Shown here in pieces: positions 1 to 21,260 of a DNA stretch of 64,000 nt. The notes beneath the pieces were generated by a model. That model did not search any database. It saw nothing but the letters and a program-made list of their open reading frames with translations, and was not told the DNA's origin. This stretch comes from the human T2T-CHM13v2.0 reference genome, Homo sapiens. The stretch lies in the NCBI RefSeq assembly GCF_009914755.1, contig NC_060929.1. One strand, written 5' to 3'. Position 1 is the first letter of the stretch, and every line of letters begins with the position of its first letter. Made by a program: the position numbers and the translations under genes.

Positions 1-74
1 AATGAATTGGTTATTTATTATACTTAGAATTAAACTGTAATAGGCGGAGGCGTTGCCTCTGTCTCTTGCTAATT

Positions 75-245
75 GGATGGCTTTGTACTATTTTTCAAAC
101 CTCTTGAAACACCAGTTTCCTTATCTGTAAATAGGAAATAGAAATAATGGATATATCACAAGGTTCTTGTGAGAGTTAAATTAGATAATCTATATAAAGC
201 ACTTATCACAGTATCTTGTACATTAAATAGCTGCTTAATAACCCT
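75..245 (+). mobile_element. MIR SINE relic
   Basis: MIR core-like text: cagtttccttatctgtaaatagg...gttcttgtgagagttaaattagataat...aaagcactta. Boundaries approximate. Confidence 0.6.
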
Positions 246-3200
246 TATCCATTCTTATTACTATTATTCCAAAATGCAAATTTTAAAAAGGAATTCAGCT
301 TCAACACTGAATATCTGAATCCTTTTTTTTATACTTTACCGTTTTATGACATTGCTAATAGTGTTAAGAATTATGTTTTTTAATCAGAAGGGAAAATTCT
401 ACAAAAAATAATTTTACAGCTTGGGGGAGCTTTAGAAATAATTCAGCCTTTTGCTGTTGTGAAGTGTTTTTGGTGGCATACTTGCCCCATGATATGCACT
501 GAAAAAATGGAAGGAATTGGGCAACGTACAGTTTGAGAGATGTAATCTCTTTTACACTTTCCACCTTGCACTTTTAAAATGCTCTTTATTATATTTAAAG
601 TCCTGGGAGTTTTGCAGTGAAAACAAAACAAAACAAAACAAAAACTTTCAAACTTTAACCCAGAATCTCCCAGACTGGTCTCACCAAACTTTCTTCCGGT
701 TTTGAGAAACACACTTTGGGAAATGTTTATTTAACCCATTCCCTTCCTTGTATTTCTTGTACAGAAAGGGAAAGTTAAGACCCAGAGAGGAAGAGATGGT
801 TCTGGGTCTAGAACTGCATCTGTGGAATCAGGCTAGGACACTTCTCATATGCTATCTCATGTAAGTGAGATAACAGTTACAGCTTTGTCTTGAGAAACTA
901 TTCTAAAGTCACAATATCCATACTGCATGGACCCAAAGTAAAAAGTCCCACAAGGTACAGAAGGCCAAGCAGGAGAAGGTGAGGATCTAGTCTACAGTAA
1001 TCCTCCTTAAAACTCTGTTACCACTGAAGTCACTTAGGAATGAGATAGTCTATTTTGCCTCAATAAGCTGATCCTTAGCAATAGTGGCTACAAGGATGCT
1101 GTACCGTGCTGAATTTCAGTCCACAAGAGGGATGGAAGCTTAGACAGACTGAAGTGATGGAGGGGTTTGGAGAAAAAGTTTTCCCATGAATTCTTTTGTG
1201 GAAAGCTGTGGGCTTTCCTCTGAAAACTTGAGAGAGAGAAAGCAACTGTGATGGAGATTTGTGAAGTTAATGACCTCCAAAGCCTTAGAAATTGCTTAAA
1301 TAGAGCCAAAACTTCATTAAATTTAGGCACAGGGAAAGTCTATGCCTCCACTGTTCCAGAATGACATAGACAAGTAAAGAACCAACATTAAGAGAAAAAG
1401 TTGGCTGCAGACTTACAGAATGAACAGCAGGAAGGAATTTATTTGTCACCATTGTTCTGCCCAGAACAGCAGCTAGTTTCCCCCAAAAATCAAGGGTCCT
1501 GAGAACACTCCCTAAAGATTCTGCGATGTGGGTGGTGAGGACACAAGGGGGCTCTCTCTACTTGCTGGGGAGCATGGGTGGAAAAAGGGTGTATGGGGAG
1601 CCCAGGAAAGCACTGGTAGTAGATCAGGAGAAAGACTCCTCTTGAGATCTCTGGAGAGATTTGGGGAGATTTGTACACAGCCACTGATCAAAAACTCACC
1701 CTTCTGATAAATTGAATTGAACAGGACTTGATCAGAAGGATCATAATTTTTGCAACGAGGACAGTGAAAAAGGAAAAAATACGAACTGCTTAGACAATAC
1801 TTCTTCCCTCCAATTTCAACCCAAAGGCAGCATTCCTTCCCATGACTAAAAAAATATTCAGAGCCCACATCAATCTTGTCCCAAATGGCAGCTGCCACTG
1901 AAACAGGTCATGATAAGTCTTCATTTCAATAAGGGGATGATAAAAACCCTTAGCCAGGCAGAGCAGCTTCAGCCTTCAGTAAGCCAGCCTCATGTTGCAG
2001 AGCTTAAAAAAATCAATAGGTCAGCAACAAAGGCCCAGGAGGAGGGCAGGGTTTTCAAATGCTAAGATTGCCAAAGAGCTCCAGGCACACCCCATAAACC
2101 CCTTGCTTATTCTTATTACCATGTTATGAAAGCACCAAAAATAAATTCTGAGGACTAAACTCAGTCTTTGACTTGTTTTTCTCTTTCTTCTGACTCACCA
2201 TGTGAGTCTTGCTATCTTTAGGGTAGCAAGAAACAAAAACACCCTACATAACTGGAAGATAGCTAGTATATTGAAATGGTATTGCTCTTCCTCTGTGGAT
2301 AGGTCTGAATTCAAACATGCTCTTCAAGGCTGTCTGCTTCCTGATGGATATGCAGCAATTAAATAGGATGTCTCCAAGAGACAAAATCACAGACACATAG
2401 GTACCTTTGATACAAATAAAGCTTTTCTCCTCTCCATCCTCCCTGAATGTTCTACTTTTTTTCTATACATTTCTTTCCCTCTCTTTTTATTCTGTTTGTT
2501 CTTCACGCGTCTGGAGTATAGGGTAAACATATTTAATAAATCACAGCATCCTTTATCTAACAGTGCCCCTTTCCCCCACCATACGCTTTCCTTGAAGCCT
2601 CAATTTCTTCATCTAGTCTGTGATTGGGGACATTGAAGGAGATATATTTTTTGCACCATTTTGCCATCCCTTTCTCAACTGATTTTTACCTCAGCTCTGG
2701 CTGGTCTCCTATTTGAAGGAAGAGGTGGAGGTGGGGAGGATTTGGTGGGTCCCAAATATTGACCGTTTTAGATTGTCTTTGAGAGAAAACAGCAAGTCTA
2801 TCTAGGAGGAAATGAAAGACAAGGAGAAGGTGAGTTGAATGCTGGTGGACTGTGGTCTGTGGTCCTAAAGCTATTGCAAATGGGTGAGCTACCTTAACTG
2901 TTTCTTCCCTGGGGATGAAGTGGGAACCCAAGACCTTTCCCTGCTAATTTCCACATATGCCCCAGTTTAATGACTCATTTTCTGCCTTAACCAGAGCTTG
3001 CACCCTTTGCTCCAGAAAGTCCAGCATGAATTTCTGTTTTGTCTTTAACATGGATAGACGGGAAGGGATTGGAAATGGTGAGAAAGTAGTGAACTTATTG
3101 GAGTTAGACAGAGAAGCCACACAGTTAGCAGCAAATCATTCTTTCTCCCTTTGCCCCTGGGAAAGAGTGGCCCTTAGTACCTAGAAATAATAGACTGTCA

Positions 3201-4296
3201 GTTTGTTTGTTTTTTTTTCATTAAGGAGATGGATGTCCTGGTCTCTCTGTCACCTGATATTAACAAATGTGAGAGAGTGTGAGGAGGGAAAAAGATGTTA
3301 ATAATAATCAGTTTTGTGTACCTGAGGCATAAGAGATTTTTTTCCTGATAGAGTAAATGAATAACATGGTAATTAACTTGATCTACTCTTTAGGGAGCTG
3401 CTACCTGCAGGTCTCTTTGCAAAGCCCAGGCTTTATGCTCATAGTGCAATGATGTTCACAATGTCCTCTGGCACCTTGAGGTTTGCAGTGTGTATTCTCA
3501 TTCATCTATAGTTTCTGAAAGCTGAAGCAACAGTTGGGGACTTAGAAAGGACTGCATCATTTTCCTCTTAGTTATTTTCTATAACATAACTTCTCGTAGG
3601 TCTGTACAACTATAGAATATCTTACATTGCTATTTATGATGCTTTGAGGAAGTGCTGGAAATATAGCAGATTAAAAATTAGCCAAAATAATATACAAACA
3701 TGTTAATATCAGCTGTTTCCCATATTTTGTGGTACTCTTTTTTTAATAAGTAAATAGCAACCAAAGACAAAAACATACAAGGAAAAAGGGTGTCTTCTTG
3801 TTTGAATAGGAAAAATTGATTGTTTACTGTTTTATGACATACAGCCTATACAAATCCCATCCTTTTAGTCTCAAGATTGTGAAAACAACAAAACAGAAAA
3901 AGGTCTCCAAAGTACACAAGACCCAGATTCAAGGATTCCTATATGTATGCCAACAACCTTAAGGGAAGAGCTGGAGAAAGTCTCAACATAAATACAGAGC
4001 TCTGATGATATATGTTTTTAAAGCCTGGGAAACAGAGTAAAATGACAAGAGGTAAAACAATTATATATCCTACAGGTACAAAATTTTAGTACATTTTTTA
4101 TAGATCCAACTTCATTGATACAATCTCTTGATTTTTTCTTTCTTCCAGACATTTCCCTCCCTCTGACACTACTTGTGTTTCTGCTCTGATTATCTTATTG
4201 GAATTTCTCAGAGTACCTATAAAAGAGGCATAAAGTAGGTGGCAAGGAGTTGAAGTGAAATAGGTCTGGGAGTGGGGAGAAAAATGGTCTTGAGCC

Positions 4297-4446
4297 TTGT
4301 TTCTCAAAGTCCATTCTATAAACAGGCAGCATAGAAATATGGAGTCTGAGAACCACTCCCACTTCCAGTCTTACTGGATCAGAATCTGAATTTTAACAAA
4401 ACCCAGGGACACATGTCACATACACATTAAAGTCTGAGAAATATTG
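4297..4446. mobile_element. MER5A-like hAT-Charlie DNA transposon relic
   Basis: tttctcaaag at the left end, atcagaatctgaattttaacaa internally, and cacattaaagtctgagaa at the right end, as in MER5A. Confidence 0.65.
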
Positions 4447-6560
4447 GCCTATAAGATAGGGCAGAATTAATAGGGCTATCCTCAGAGGCAAAAAGGAGAG
4501 ATTGAGACAAGGGGTATATGGAAGGTAGATTCTTCCAAGTGGGGCCATGGCATTAGGTAATGTGGAGGTTGACATGTGAGCAATAAAAACACCACTGGCC
4601 TCAGGAAAAACCTAACACTCTAGTAGAGATTGGGGTCCTACTTTAGCTTCCTTAAAGAGAATAATTGTCAGCCAAGAATTTTGTATCCAGCAAAACTAAG
4701 TTTCATAAATAAAAGAGAAATAAAGTCATTTTCAGACAAACAAATGCTGAGGAAATTTGTCACCACCAGTCTATCCCTACGAAAAATGCTAAAAGAAGTT
4801 CCAAATCTGGAAACAAAAGATGCACCAGAATAAAGCCTCTTCAAAGCATAAAACTCTAAAACAATAAAGGGCCTATAAAATAATAACACAATGAAGAAAA
4901 CAAAGTATCTAGATAACAATCTAACAAACATGATGACTGGAACAGCACCTCGCATCTCAATATTAACATAGAACATAAATAGTCTGTTGATCCACTTAAA
5001 AGATACAGATTGACAGAATAGATTAAAAAATCACAAGTCAAATATCTGCTATCTTCAAGTGACTTACATAATATGTAAAAATTCATATGAACTCAAACTC
5101 AAGTTAAATAGGTGGAAAAATATATTGCACACAAATGGAAGCCAAAATCAAGCAATAGTAGATATTCTTATATCAGATAAAATGGACTTTAAAGCAACAA
5201 AAGTAAAATAAACAAACAAACAAGAAGGTCATTATATAGTGATAAACAGATCACTCCAATAAAAAAAATACTAAAATCCTAAATATATATGCACCTAACT
5301 CTGGAGTTTCCGGATTTATAAAATAATTACTAGTAGACCTAAGAAATGAAATAGACAGCAACACAATAATGGGGTGTGGGGGACTTCAACACTCCACTGA
5401 GAGCACTAGAAATATCACCATGGCAGAAAGTTGACAAGAAAACAATGGACTTAAACTACACATTAGAACAAATGGACCTAACAGATATTTGCAGAACATT
5501 CTACCCAAGAACTGCAGAATATACATCTCATCAGCACACGGAACCTTCTCTAAGAGAGGCTATAGGCAACAAAACAAGATTCAATAAATTAAAAAAAAAT
5601 CAAGATCATATCAAGGTTCTTCTCAGACCACAGTAGAATAAAATTAGAAATCAACTCCAAAAGGAACCCTCAAAATTATACAAACGAAAGGAAACTAAAC
5701 AATCTGATTCTGAGTGATTTTGGGAGTTAACAATGAGATCAAGATAGAAATTTTAAAACGCCTTGAAATAAACTGTAATAGTGACACAAGTTATCAAAAT
5801 CTCTGGGATACAGCAAAAACAGTGCCAAGTGGAGAGTTTATAGCACTAAATGCCTACATCAAAAAGTCTGAAAGATCACAGATTGACAAACTAATTTTAC
5901 ACTTCAAGGAACTAGAGAAACAGAAACCAAATCCAAAGCTAGCAGAAGAAAAGAAATAACAAAGATCAAGGCAGAACTAAATGAATTTGAAAGAAAAACA
6001 ATTATAAAAGATCAATAAAACAAAAGGTTGATTTTTTGAAAATATAAACAAAATTGGTAGACCATTAGCAAGATTAACAAAGATGAGAAAAGATTCAAAT
6101 ATGCTTAATTAGAGATAAAAATGGACACATTACAACTGACACTACAAAAATGCAAAAGATCATTTGAGACTACTATGAACACCTCTATGCACACAAACGA
6201 GAAAATCTAGAGGGAATGAATAAATTCCTGGAAACATACAACCCTCCTAGATTAAATCAGGAAGAAACAGGCACACTGAACAGACCAATAATAAGCAGTG
6301 ATATTGAATCAGTAATAAAAAATTGCCAACAACAACAAAAAAGCCTAGGGCCAGATGGATTGACAGCTGAATTCTACCAGATGTTTAAAGCAGAATTGGT
6401 ACCAATTCTACTGAAACTATTCCAAAAGATTGAGAAAGACAGAATCCTTCCTAACTCATTTTATGAGGCCAGTATCACCCTCATATCAAAATCAGGAGCA
6501 GACATAACAAAAAGATAAAACCGTGAACCAATATCCCTGATGCACATAGATAAGAAAATC

Positions 6561-6622
<62 letters not shown>
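6561..6622. repeat. Compound (CT)n(AT)n microsatellite inside L1 ORF2
   Basis: Directly visible: about 13 CT units followed by about 18 AT units. Confidence 0.97.
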
Positions 6623-6624
<2 letters not shown>

Positions 6625-6767
6625 TAGCTAGCCAAATCCAACAACACATCAAAAAGATAATACATGATGATCAAGTGAGTTTTATCTTAGGGAAGCAGGG
6701 ATAATTTAACTTACACAAGTCAATAAATGTGATACTTCACATAAACAGAATTAAAAACAAAAACCAA

Positions 6768-7075
6768 GGCCAAGTGTGTTGGCTCACACTGATAATCCTA
6801 GCCTTTTGGGAGGCTGAAGTAGGAGGATTGTTTGAAGCCAGGTTTTTGAGACTAGCCTGGGCAACATGGTAAGAACTCATCTCGACAAAACAAAAACAAA
6901 AATTCAAAAGCAAAATTAGTCAGGCATGGTGGTTCACAACTGTGGTCCCAGCTACACATGAGGCTGAGGTGGGAGGATCAATGGAACCTGGGAAGCCAAA
7001 GCTGCAGTGAGCCATGATTTTGCCACTCCACTTCAGAGTGAGATCCTGTCTCAATCACACACACACACACACACA
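6768..7075 (+). mobile_element. Old Alu (AluJ-like) inserted in L1, tail decayed to (CA)n
   Basis: ggccaagtgtgttggctcacac...aggaggattgtttgaagccagg...gagatcctgtctcaa; highly diverged. Confidence 0.9.
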
Positions 7076-9290
7076 ATCATCCCAATAGATGCGGAAAAAG
7101 CATTTGATAAAATCTGATATCTCTTTATGATAAAACATCTCAAGAAACTGGGAATAGAAGAAACATAACTCAAAATAGTAAAAACCATATGTGACAAACC
7201 CACAGCTTCATAATGAATGGGGAAAAGTTTAAAGTATTCCCCATGAGAACTGGAACAAGGCAAACATGCTCACTTTCACAAGTTCTATTCAACATAGTAC
7301 TGGAAGTGCAAGAGAAAGAAATAAATAAAGGTCATCCAAATTGGAAAAGAGGAAGTCAAACTATCTCTGTTTACCAATGATATGACTGTATACCTAAAAA
7401 AACCCTCATGCCTTCTCCAAAAGACTCCTAGATTTGATAAATGAATTCAATAAAGGCTCAAGTTACAAAATCAATGTACACAAATCAGTAACATTGCTAT
7501 ACACCAACAACATCCAACCTGAGACTCAAATCAAGAACTCAATCCCCTTTACAATAGCTACAAAAAAAAAAAAAACCCAGGAATATTCCTAACCAAAGAG
7601 GTGAAAGATCTCTACAAGGATAACTAAGAAACACTGCTGAAAGAAGCCAGACGACACAAACAAATGAAAAGAAGTCTTATACTCACAGATAGGAAGAATC
7701 AATATCAGGAAAATGACCACACTGCCCAAAGAAATCTACAGATTCAAGGCAATTCCTATCAAAATGCAATCATATTTTTTCATAGAATTAGAAAAAAAAT
7801 CCTAAAATTCATATGGAACCAAAAAAGAGACTCAATAGCTAAAGCAATTCTAAGCAAAAAGAAGAAATCTGGAGGCATCACACCACCTGACTTTAAGTTA
7901 TACTGCAAAGCTACAGTTAGTAAAACAGCATGTTCTTGGTATAAAAGTAGAAACATAGACGGGTTGAATAGAATGGAGAACCCAGAAATAAAGCTAAATA
8001 ATTAAAACGAACTGGTCTTTGACAAAGCATTGAAAAAACATACATAAGTGAAAGGACACCCTGTTTAATAAATGGTGCTGGGAAAACTGGATAGCCACTT
8101 GTAGAAGAATGAAAATGGATTACTATAACTCACCTTAAACAAAAATTAACTCAAAATAAATCAAAGGCTTAAATCTAATATTTGAAGCCATAAAAATTCT
8201 AGAAGATAACCTAGGAAAACCTCTTCTGCTCATTGGCCTAGGCAAATAATTTATAACTAAGACCCCAAAAGCAAATGCAACAAAACCAAAAATACATAAA
8301 CGGGACCTAATTAAACTAAAAAGCTTCTGTGCAGCAAAAGAAATAATCATCAGAATAAACAGACAACACACAGAATGGGAGAAAATGTTTGCAAATGATG
8401 CATCTGACAAATAAATAATATCTAGAATCTCCAAGGGAATCTACAAACAAGTCAAAAAAATCAACACAAGAAAAAAAAACCCATCAAAAAGTGGGCGAAT
8501 AACAGGAATAGACATTTCTCAAAAGAAGATATACAAATGATGAACAAACATATAAAAAAGCTCAACATCACTAAACATCACTAATCAAAACCACAAGATA
8601 TGACCTTACCCCAGCCAGATGTCTATTATTAAAAAGTCAAAAAACAATAGGTTTTGGCATGGATTTGGTGAAAGGGAATGCTTATGCACTGCTGGTGGGA
8701 ATCTTAATTAGTGCAACTTCTATGGAAAACAGTATGGAGATTTCTTAAGAAACTAAAAGTAGATCTATCATTCGATCCAGCAATCCCACTACTGGATATC
8801 TATCAAAGGAAAAGAAGTTATATCAAAAAATGTCCTCATGTGTATATTTATTACAGCACAGTTCACAATTGCAAAAATATGGAACCAAACTAAGTGCCCA
8901 TTGACCAATGAGTGAATAAAGGAAATGTGGTATATATCCACCATGAGATACTACTCCGCCATAAAATGAATGAAATAATGTCCTTTGCAACAACTTGGAT
9001 GGAATTCAAAGTCATTATTCCAAGTGAAGAAAATCAAATACCGTATGTTCTCACTTGTAAGTGGGAGCTAAGCTATGGGTATGCAAAGGCAGATAGAGTG
9101 ATATAATAGACTTTAGAGACTCAGAAGGGAGAGGTGACACATATTGGTCATAATGTACACTAATTTAGTGACAGGTGCACTAAAATCTCAGACTTCACCA
9201 CTATACAGTTCATCCAAGTAAGCAAAACCCACTTGTACCCTAAAAGTTATTGAAATAAAAAATTTAAATGACAATAGAAAGAATGCAAAA

Positions 9291-9343
9291 TTAAATCTAC
9301 AATCATCTCATCTGCAAACAGGGACCATTTGACTTCTTTTCCT
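9291..9343 (-). mobile_element. Short inverted L1 ORF2 segment (twin-priming inverted part belonging to the L1 at 13174-15130)
   Basis: acaatcatctcatctgcaaacagggaccatttgacttc is the reverse complement of the L1 [13 protein letters not shown] region, which lies just upstream of where the 13174 piece begins. It directly follows the left TSD copy (9278-9290). Confidence 0.75.
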
Positions 9344-15132
<5,789 letters not shown>

Positions 15133-17483
15133 AAAGAATGCAAAAATAACACAAAAGCATACCCGAGAAAAAGGAAGGCTTCTGTGATTCCGGGTTAAGA
15201 GTATGTATGGAAGAAAAGCTAATGAAAATATGTCTTGTAAAAGATAAATGAGTCCTTTAAGACCAGGCTCACAAGTTGTCCTCTGACGCTGAAGGATGAG
15301 CATGAGGCTTGAGATACTGTATTACATCAAATCAGAGTTCGGTTTGTCTTATCCAGGTTGAGGGCCTGAATCATTTCAACAATCATCCTCATAAGCTCCA
15401 AGAGCAACTTCTATACCAGAGAGCCACCAGTCTACTAAGTAATGCTTAATTTTGCTGGATGGGATCTCAAAATTCAACCCATAAGACACAAAGCTTGAAT
15501 CTAAAAATATTAATTGTGGAAAATGGGGAACTAGTGCTTCTACTTTGACTTTGCATTTAAAGATAAGATTGACTAAATCAGAATTTCAATGAAGTCATAA
15601 ATAAAATTAAAAGTGGATGCCTGGATAGAAAAGCTTCTAGACCATGTGCAACATCATTTTAGGTGGGAGCATAAGAAATAAAGCATGAAAATATAGTAGA
15701 GGCAATATCAGAGAGTCACTTGAAGAACTTTTGGAAGTTATAACCTAATTAGGCCTCTGGGAAGATAATGCCTTGCCAAATGCAGATATTCATCATATTC
15801 TGAAATTATTTTTCTCTCTTTATTATTCAAATGTATTTATTGAGAATGAGCTTTCTTAGCCAGTAAGAAAAAAAGTAAAGCACCATATGGTGGAAAAAAT
15901 TATTAGAGTTTTTGACCTTTGTCTGCCATTAAAGTGTAAACTTGGGCAATTCATGATCTGTTTGGTAACAGTTTCCCAATGAACAAAATTTCAATTAAAA
16001 GAAAAAAAAACACCCCACTGGTGGAAGGAGCTATACTCTGAGTTTCAACATAAGAGTTGGCCAGCTAGATATAAACAGAAATTAGACAATAAAAGTTAAC
16101 CATATTTGCAACATTCAGATATTATCACAGTTAAAATTTCATCCTATGTTTTCCACTTTTTTGTATATATACTATTCATATAGGTAAAATATTTCCTTGT
16201 AAGCACATAAATTAGCTACAAAATACATGAATAAATGCCAAATATAATAGAACATATTAATATAGACATATATAATTATCTATGTTTGATACATTAATTT
16301 TATATAAGTAGGAATGTAAATGTTGTGTTATAACTGACATTTCCTGAGTACAACATAGTTTGACTTATAAATGCCCTTTAGTAGTAGATTGAATACAAAG
16401 ATAAATACATTTTGGATGGCTCTATTTATGCAGTCTTCAAACAAATAAAACTAAGCTATGCTGTTAGAAATCAGAATAGTGCTTATCATTTAAGAGTAGC
16501 AGATGGGCAGTTATGGAGGATGCAGGGATAGGATCTCTGGAAGGTCATGGAGGATGCAGAGTGAGGACTTCTGGAAGGCCACTATACTCTATTTCTTGAC
16601 ACAGGTGCTCAAGAAATGTACTTCAACAAGGTAGTTTAATAATCATTGTAAAATAATGCCTTACATTGCAGAAATTGTGGAACATGGAGAAAGTGTCAAT
16701 CACTATTTTCATTTTAATATATGCCTCCCTAATCTTTCTTTTAGAAATGTCTTTATTTTTTCTTGTAATCCCATGTAAAGTATACATATTAAAATAAAAA
16801 TCCCAGATCAATACGTGTATATTAGAAAAGAAATGACCACTACAATTTCATGCCACAACGATAAGTTCTGTTAAAGTTTGGTGCTTACTCAGGAAGGGTT
16901 CGTTTTTATTTTAGTTGTATTTCACAAGTGAGGTTTTGATAATCCCATCTTTTTTTTTTCGTTGCTTGGATTGTTTTACAAATGTTCCTTCTCATTCCTG
17001 GGACGTATATGGGAAGTACATTGGAATAAATATATAAATAAGGGGGAGAAAGTGTATATAGGAATATGCTAAACTCTGTTCAAGAAGTGAAAGTAAGTCA
17101 CTATCATTTAGGCTCACTATCTACACCAGACTGCCTCGCACATTTTACTGTTGTGTTATATGTTTGGGAATTACAAAAGAGAAAAAGAAAGTGGGAAATT
17201 GGCATTGACTAGGACCACAAAGGTCATTCCATAAGAAGGCACTCTTTGAAAGTACCACAGTCCTGGCCCACAAGGATTTGCTTCACTCACACAAAAGCCA
17301 AGAGGCATCCTTTGAGTCCTAGGAGCCACACCAACTCTCAGGCTAGCCCAAAGAAAAAATCTGAAGAGGAGGACGTAACTGGTGACACAAGGTCTCATTC
17401 ATTTCCCATTATGCACTGACTCAGGGTAGGGACGTGAGCTCTGAAAAGAATAGTGTTCAGAGGCCCTTTGAAATCATGTAAGC

Positions 17484-17690
17484 CAGTGGTCTTAAAGTGA
17501 AGCCAGCTTTACTCCCCATGGGACATTTGTCATGTGTGGAGACAACTGTAGTTGTGGCTCAGGGGAGAAGGTTGCTACTGGCATCCAATGGGTAGAGGCC
17601 AGAATGCTGCTAAATAGTTAACAATGCATGAGACAGATCCCACAACAAAGAATTTTCCAGTCCAAAATGTCAGTAGTGTTGAGGCTGGCA
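17484..17690. mobile_element. MER20 DNA transposon
   Basis: gctactggcatccaatgggtagaggccagaatgctgctaaa...cccacaacaaagaatt...ccaaaatgtcagtagtg matches MER20. Confidence 0.85.
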
Positions 17691-19794
17691 TTAAGAATGT
17701 GAGTGGATAATAGTGTATGTGCAGCTGTGTGTATGTGTGTGTGTGGCTGGGTGTGTGTGAGTCTATGTTAGGGGGATCCGTTTTCGCTGGGGCCTCCAAA
17801 TAGGTATGCAGATAAACAACCACTGACAAATTTTCTTCATCTCTGGGGAAGCTTCCTTGATGGAGGGCAGATAGTGGTTAAGTTCATTTCATCATGATTT
17901 ATGGCACAAAATTCTGCATTATTCACATAGATTGGCACTGTGTTGCAGTCTCAGAGTACACACATACATTTAGGATATGCCAAGATTAGAAACAAACAAA
18001 ACCCAAGGCAGTCTTGTAGGAAATCAATAGGTTAATTACCCCGAAGATGTACTTTGGCAGACATCACCCAAGCTCTTTGTGAGGCCAATTGGAAGGAACC
18101 GGGGAGAAAGAGTCACTCGGTTGAATTGATGCTGAGAAGGAACAGATAGTGAGAAGAGGTGGAAAGAATAATGCTTAGGATCAGGGAATCTGGGTTCTTG
18201 TGCTGACACACAGGACTCACTGGGGCACTCAGAGCAAGTCATTTAACAACTCCAGAACTCTTTTCTCCTTATTTGTAAAACAAAGGAGAGGGGAAGAAAA
18301 TAAACATTTATTTTTAAACTACTGGTTTCTAGAACTTTCCCCTAACTTTCTTTCATTTCGTTCTTATCATATTTCAATAAAATAAATATTGATATTTCCA
18401 TATTACATATGAACCTCAGACAGTTAAGTCGCCTGCCCAATGTCTCACAGCAAAAAATTCATAGGGCCAGATTTCAACCTAAGTGTCCTGGTATCCTTCA
18501 TTTTACATCTTTCCATAGATCCCATTTCCTCAACCTGTAAAATAGAGATGACACATGGGTTTTCTGTAAAGATTTATATATACATACTGTACGCAGGCAA
18601 AGAATAGTAGTAGACATTTAATAAATGCTGAATATTATTTATCATTATATTATTCTGACATGCATATTGAAAACAAATTCCCTTTTATTTGCAAAAATAT
18701 CTGCTTATAAATTAAATTCCATCATTATTAGACACCAATTATAAAGCAAATGTACAAAGTTTCTTTGGAAAAAAACCTGTCCTGATTTGTTTTTTCTGGC
18801 TGAATCAAGGAAGGCTTTGGGACCTGAAATTCTGACCTGGAGACAGAAATGAAGGCTGTGCAGCCTTGAGGGCCCCATTTACCAAGCAGGGGTCTTGCCT
18901 ACCCTCTGACAGGCAGGTGGAAGGTAAATGAAACTGCTAACAATACCAGTGGCTAGAGCTCAGAAGTTGCAGTCTCTCTTGGTTATCAGGCTCTCAAAAT
19001 ACTCTCCTGGGATTCTCAACTATTAGAGTAAATGGTCCCAGTCTGAGAGGATGAATAATTCAGTGTTAGCCATACATTTTTGGGAAACAGAAGTGTGGGA
19101 GACACTCTGAGGGGCTAGTTGTTCTTAGAGACAGCCCCTTTCAACATGTGCTTTTAGATTTTTCTATAACCAACCCACCAGCTCCTCCTCCTACCAGTAC
19201 CTGCTCCCACCAACACCTGTTGGGCTGCCAGCAAGCCCTATCCTTAGAATAGCACCTCCTGTTAAGACATAGAAGGTTCTTGTTAAATTGCAAATGTTAC
19301 TTGGAGCAACAAATGCATGAATATGTTAGCATCTATTAACCCCGTGTTTATCAGATTAGCTGTCCCTTCCTAGAGCGATCCCTGGGGAACTGGGAGCTAT
19401 TTTGCATTTGTACTGAGGGTAGAGAAGAGGATCCAGTGGGCGTGGTCTCTATTTAGAGAAACCGTAATAGTTTTCAAAATACTTTCACCTTCCCCTGCTA
19501 TCATGTTCTTTGATATGCACATACTCATTCTAGGTTTGGCAAGAAGCCAGGTGCATAGAGGTTAGTAACTAGCCCGAGGTCATACAACTAGGAAGGGCAG
19601 GGACTTGATTAAAAGCTAGGAGTTTTAATTCTCAGTTCCATGTCAGGAGGTTGGCAGTGTACTGCCAATAAGGCAGAGGATACAATAGCCATCGTAAAGA
19701 AAAGCACAGGCTTCTGTGCTTGAGGTTGAAGATTTGGATTTAATGGGACAAGTTACTTTTGCCTTGGTTAAAGGAAGAAAGAAATAAGGTGTGA

Positions 19795-20240
<446 letters not shown>

Positions 20241-20669
20241 TGAAGCAATATGTCTTGGATCTCGCTTTTGGTCCTTTGTGTCTGTCCTTTGTCTCACAGG
20301 CAGAGGAAGAGGAGGGACTAGCCTAAGAGCAAATTTGCTACTCCTTGGACCCCTGCCTGACCCCATGTGCCTTTTGCATGTGTAACCATCTAAAAAGCAC
20401 CTAACACAAAGAGGTCTGACACATAGAAGATACATACAGGGACTTGATTTCACATAGGAGGGGTTTGAGACCTCTTTCAGGCAATTACTAACTACGTTCT
20501 GAACCAGCCCTAACATTTGCAAAGCTCAGGAAAAGAGCATACACAAAGTCAGCATACCATATGTCTAAATGTTTAAAGGTTATATATAAGTCAAACTTAA
20601 AATGGTTAAATAAAATGTATTCTATTATCCTAACTTCACGTTCATAGTAACAAAATCAAACTGCATAAA

Positions 20670-21260
20670 AGAAACTGCCTTTGCAAAGTTTTAATGGAGA
20701 AAATCATGACAGCGAAAGAGATCTTACCAACTCTCTCTTTCCTTTTAACTTCCAAACTGCCATTGTTCACTACTGGGCATAGACTGGCTAACAATAGGGG
20801 GAAATTAGTTTATACTTTAACTTAAAAACAAAGATAATAACAGTCCTTTCCCGAAACAAACCCCTTTTTGCCTGGGAACCAGATCACCTTATAAAGACTA
20901 ACAAATTAGCCACAAGATTAGACATTATGGTTTAGGAGTCATGCAGCCAGAGGCCACAAGATTCGTGAACTTCTCAATTGCTCCTAGGGATAAGATCACT
21001 ATTATGAAACCTAAGATTGGTGTTTCAGATATTTTTCTCCCTGTGATTTCATCTCCAACCCAGTTGATAGCACTCCCCACTCCCTAACCTCCTGCCTACC
21101 AAATTATCCTTAAAACACCCCAGTCTCTGAATTTTTGAGGAAACTGATTTGAATAGTAAAACTCTGGTCTCCTATTAAACATTTACTCTGTTGCAATTCC
21201 CCTGTCTTGATATTGGCTCTATCTGGGCAGCAGGCAAGAAGAAATCATTGGGCAGTTACA
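20670..21260 (+). mobile_element. ERV1 solo LTR (LTR8-like)
   Basis: gaaactgcctttgcaaa start, ctaacaaattagccacaagattag...ggtttaggagtcatgcagc internally, ...gggcagttaca end; flanked by TAAA on both sides. Confidence 0.8.

Larger units (their letters stand above)
4620..9265 (+). mobile_element. 5'-truncated older primate LINE-1 (L1PB / late L1PA-like), inactive
   Basis: ORF1 C-terminus (QPRILYPAKLSF, 4630-4833), fragmented ORF2 ([29 protein letters not shown]), and a 3' UTR ending in aataaaaaa near 9255. Many stops and frameshifts; interrupted by an Alu. Confidence 0.93.

Noticed and set aside
1088-3184. Short ORFs, including the 128-aa ORF at 1512-1898
   Set aside because: No recognisable domain or exon structure; I could not identify a parent gene for a pseudogene call.
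16514-16580. Tandem ~34-bp duplication (atggaggatgcag...ctggaagg)
   Set aside because: Simple old tandem duplication in a decayed repeat; likewise the ~26-bp duplication at 61021-61072.
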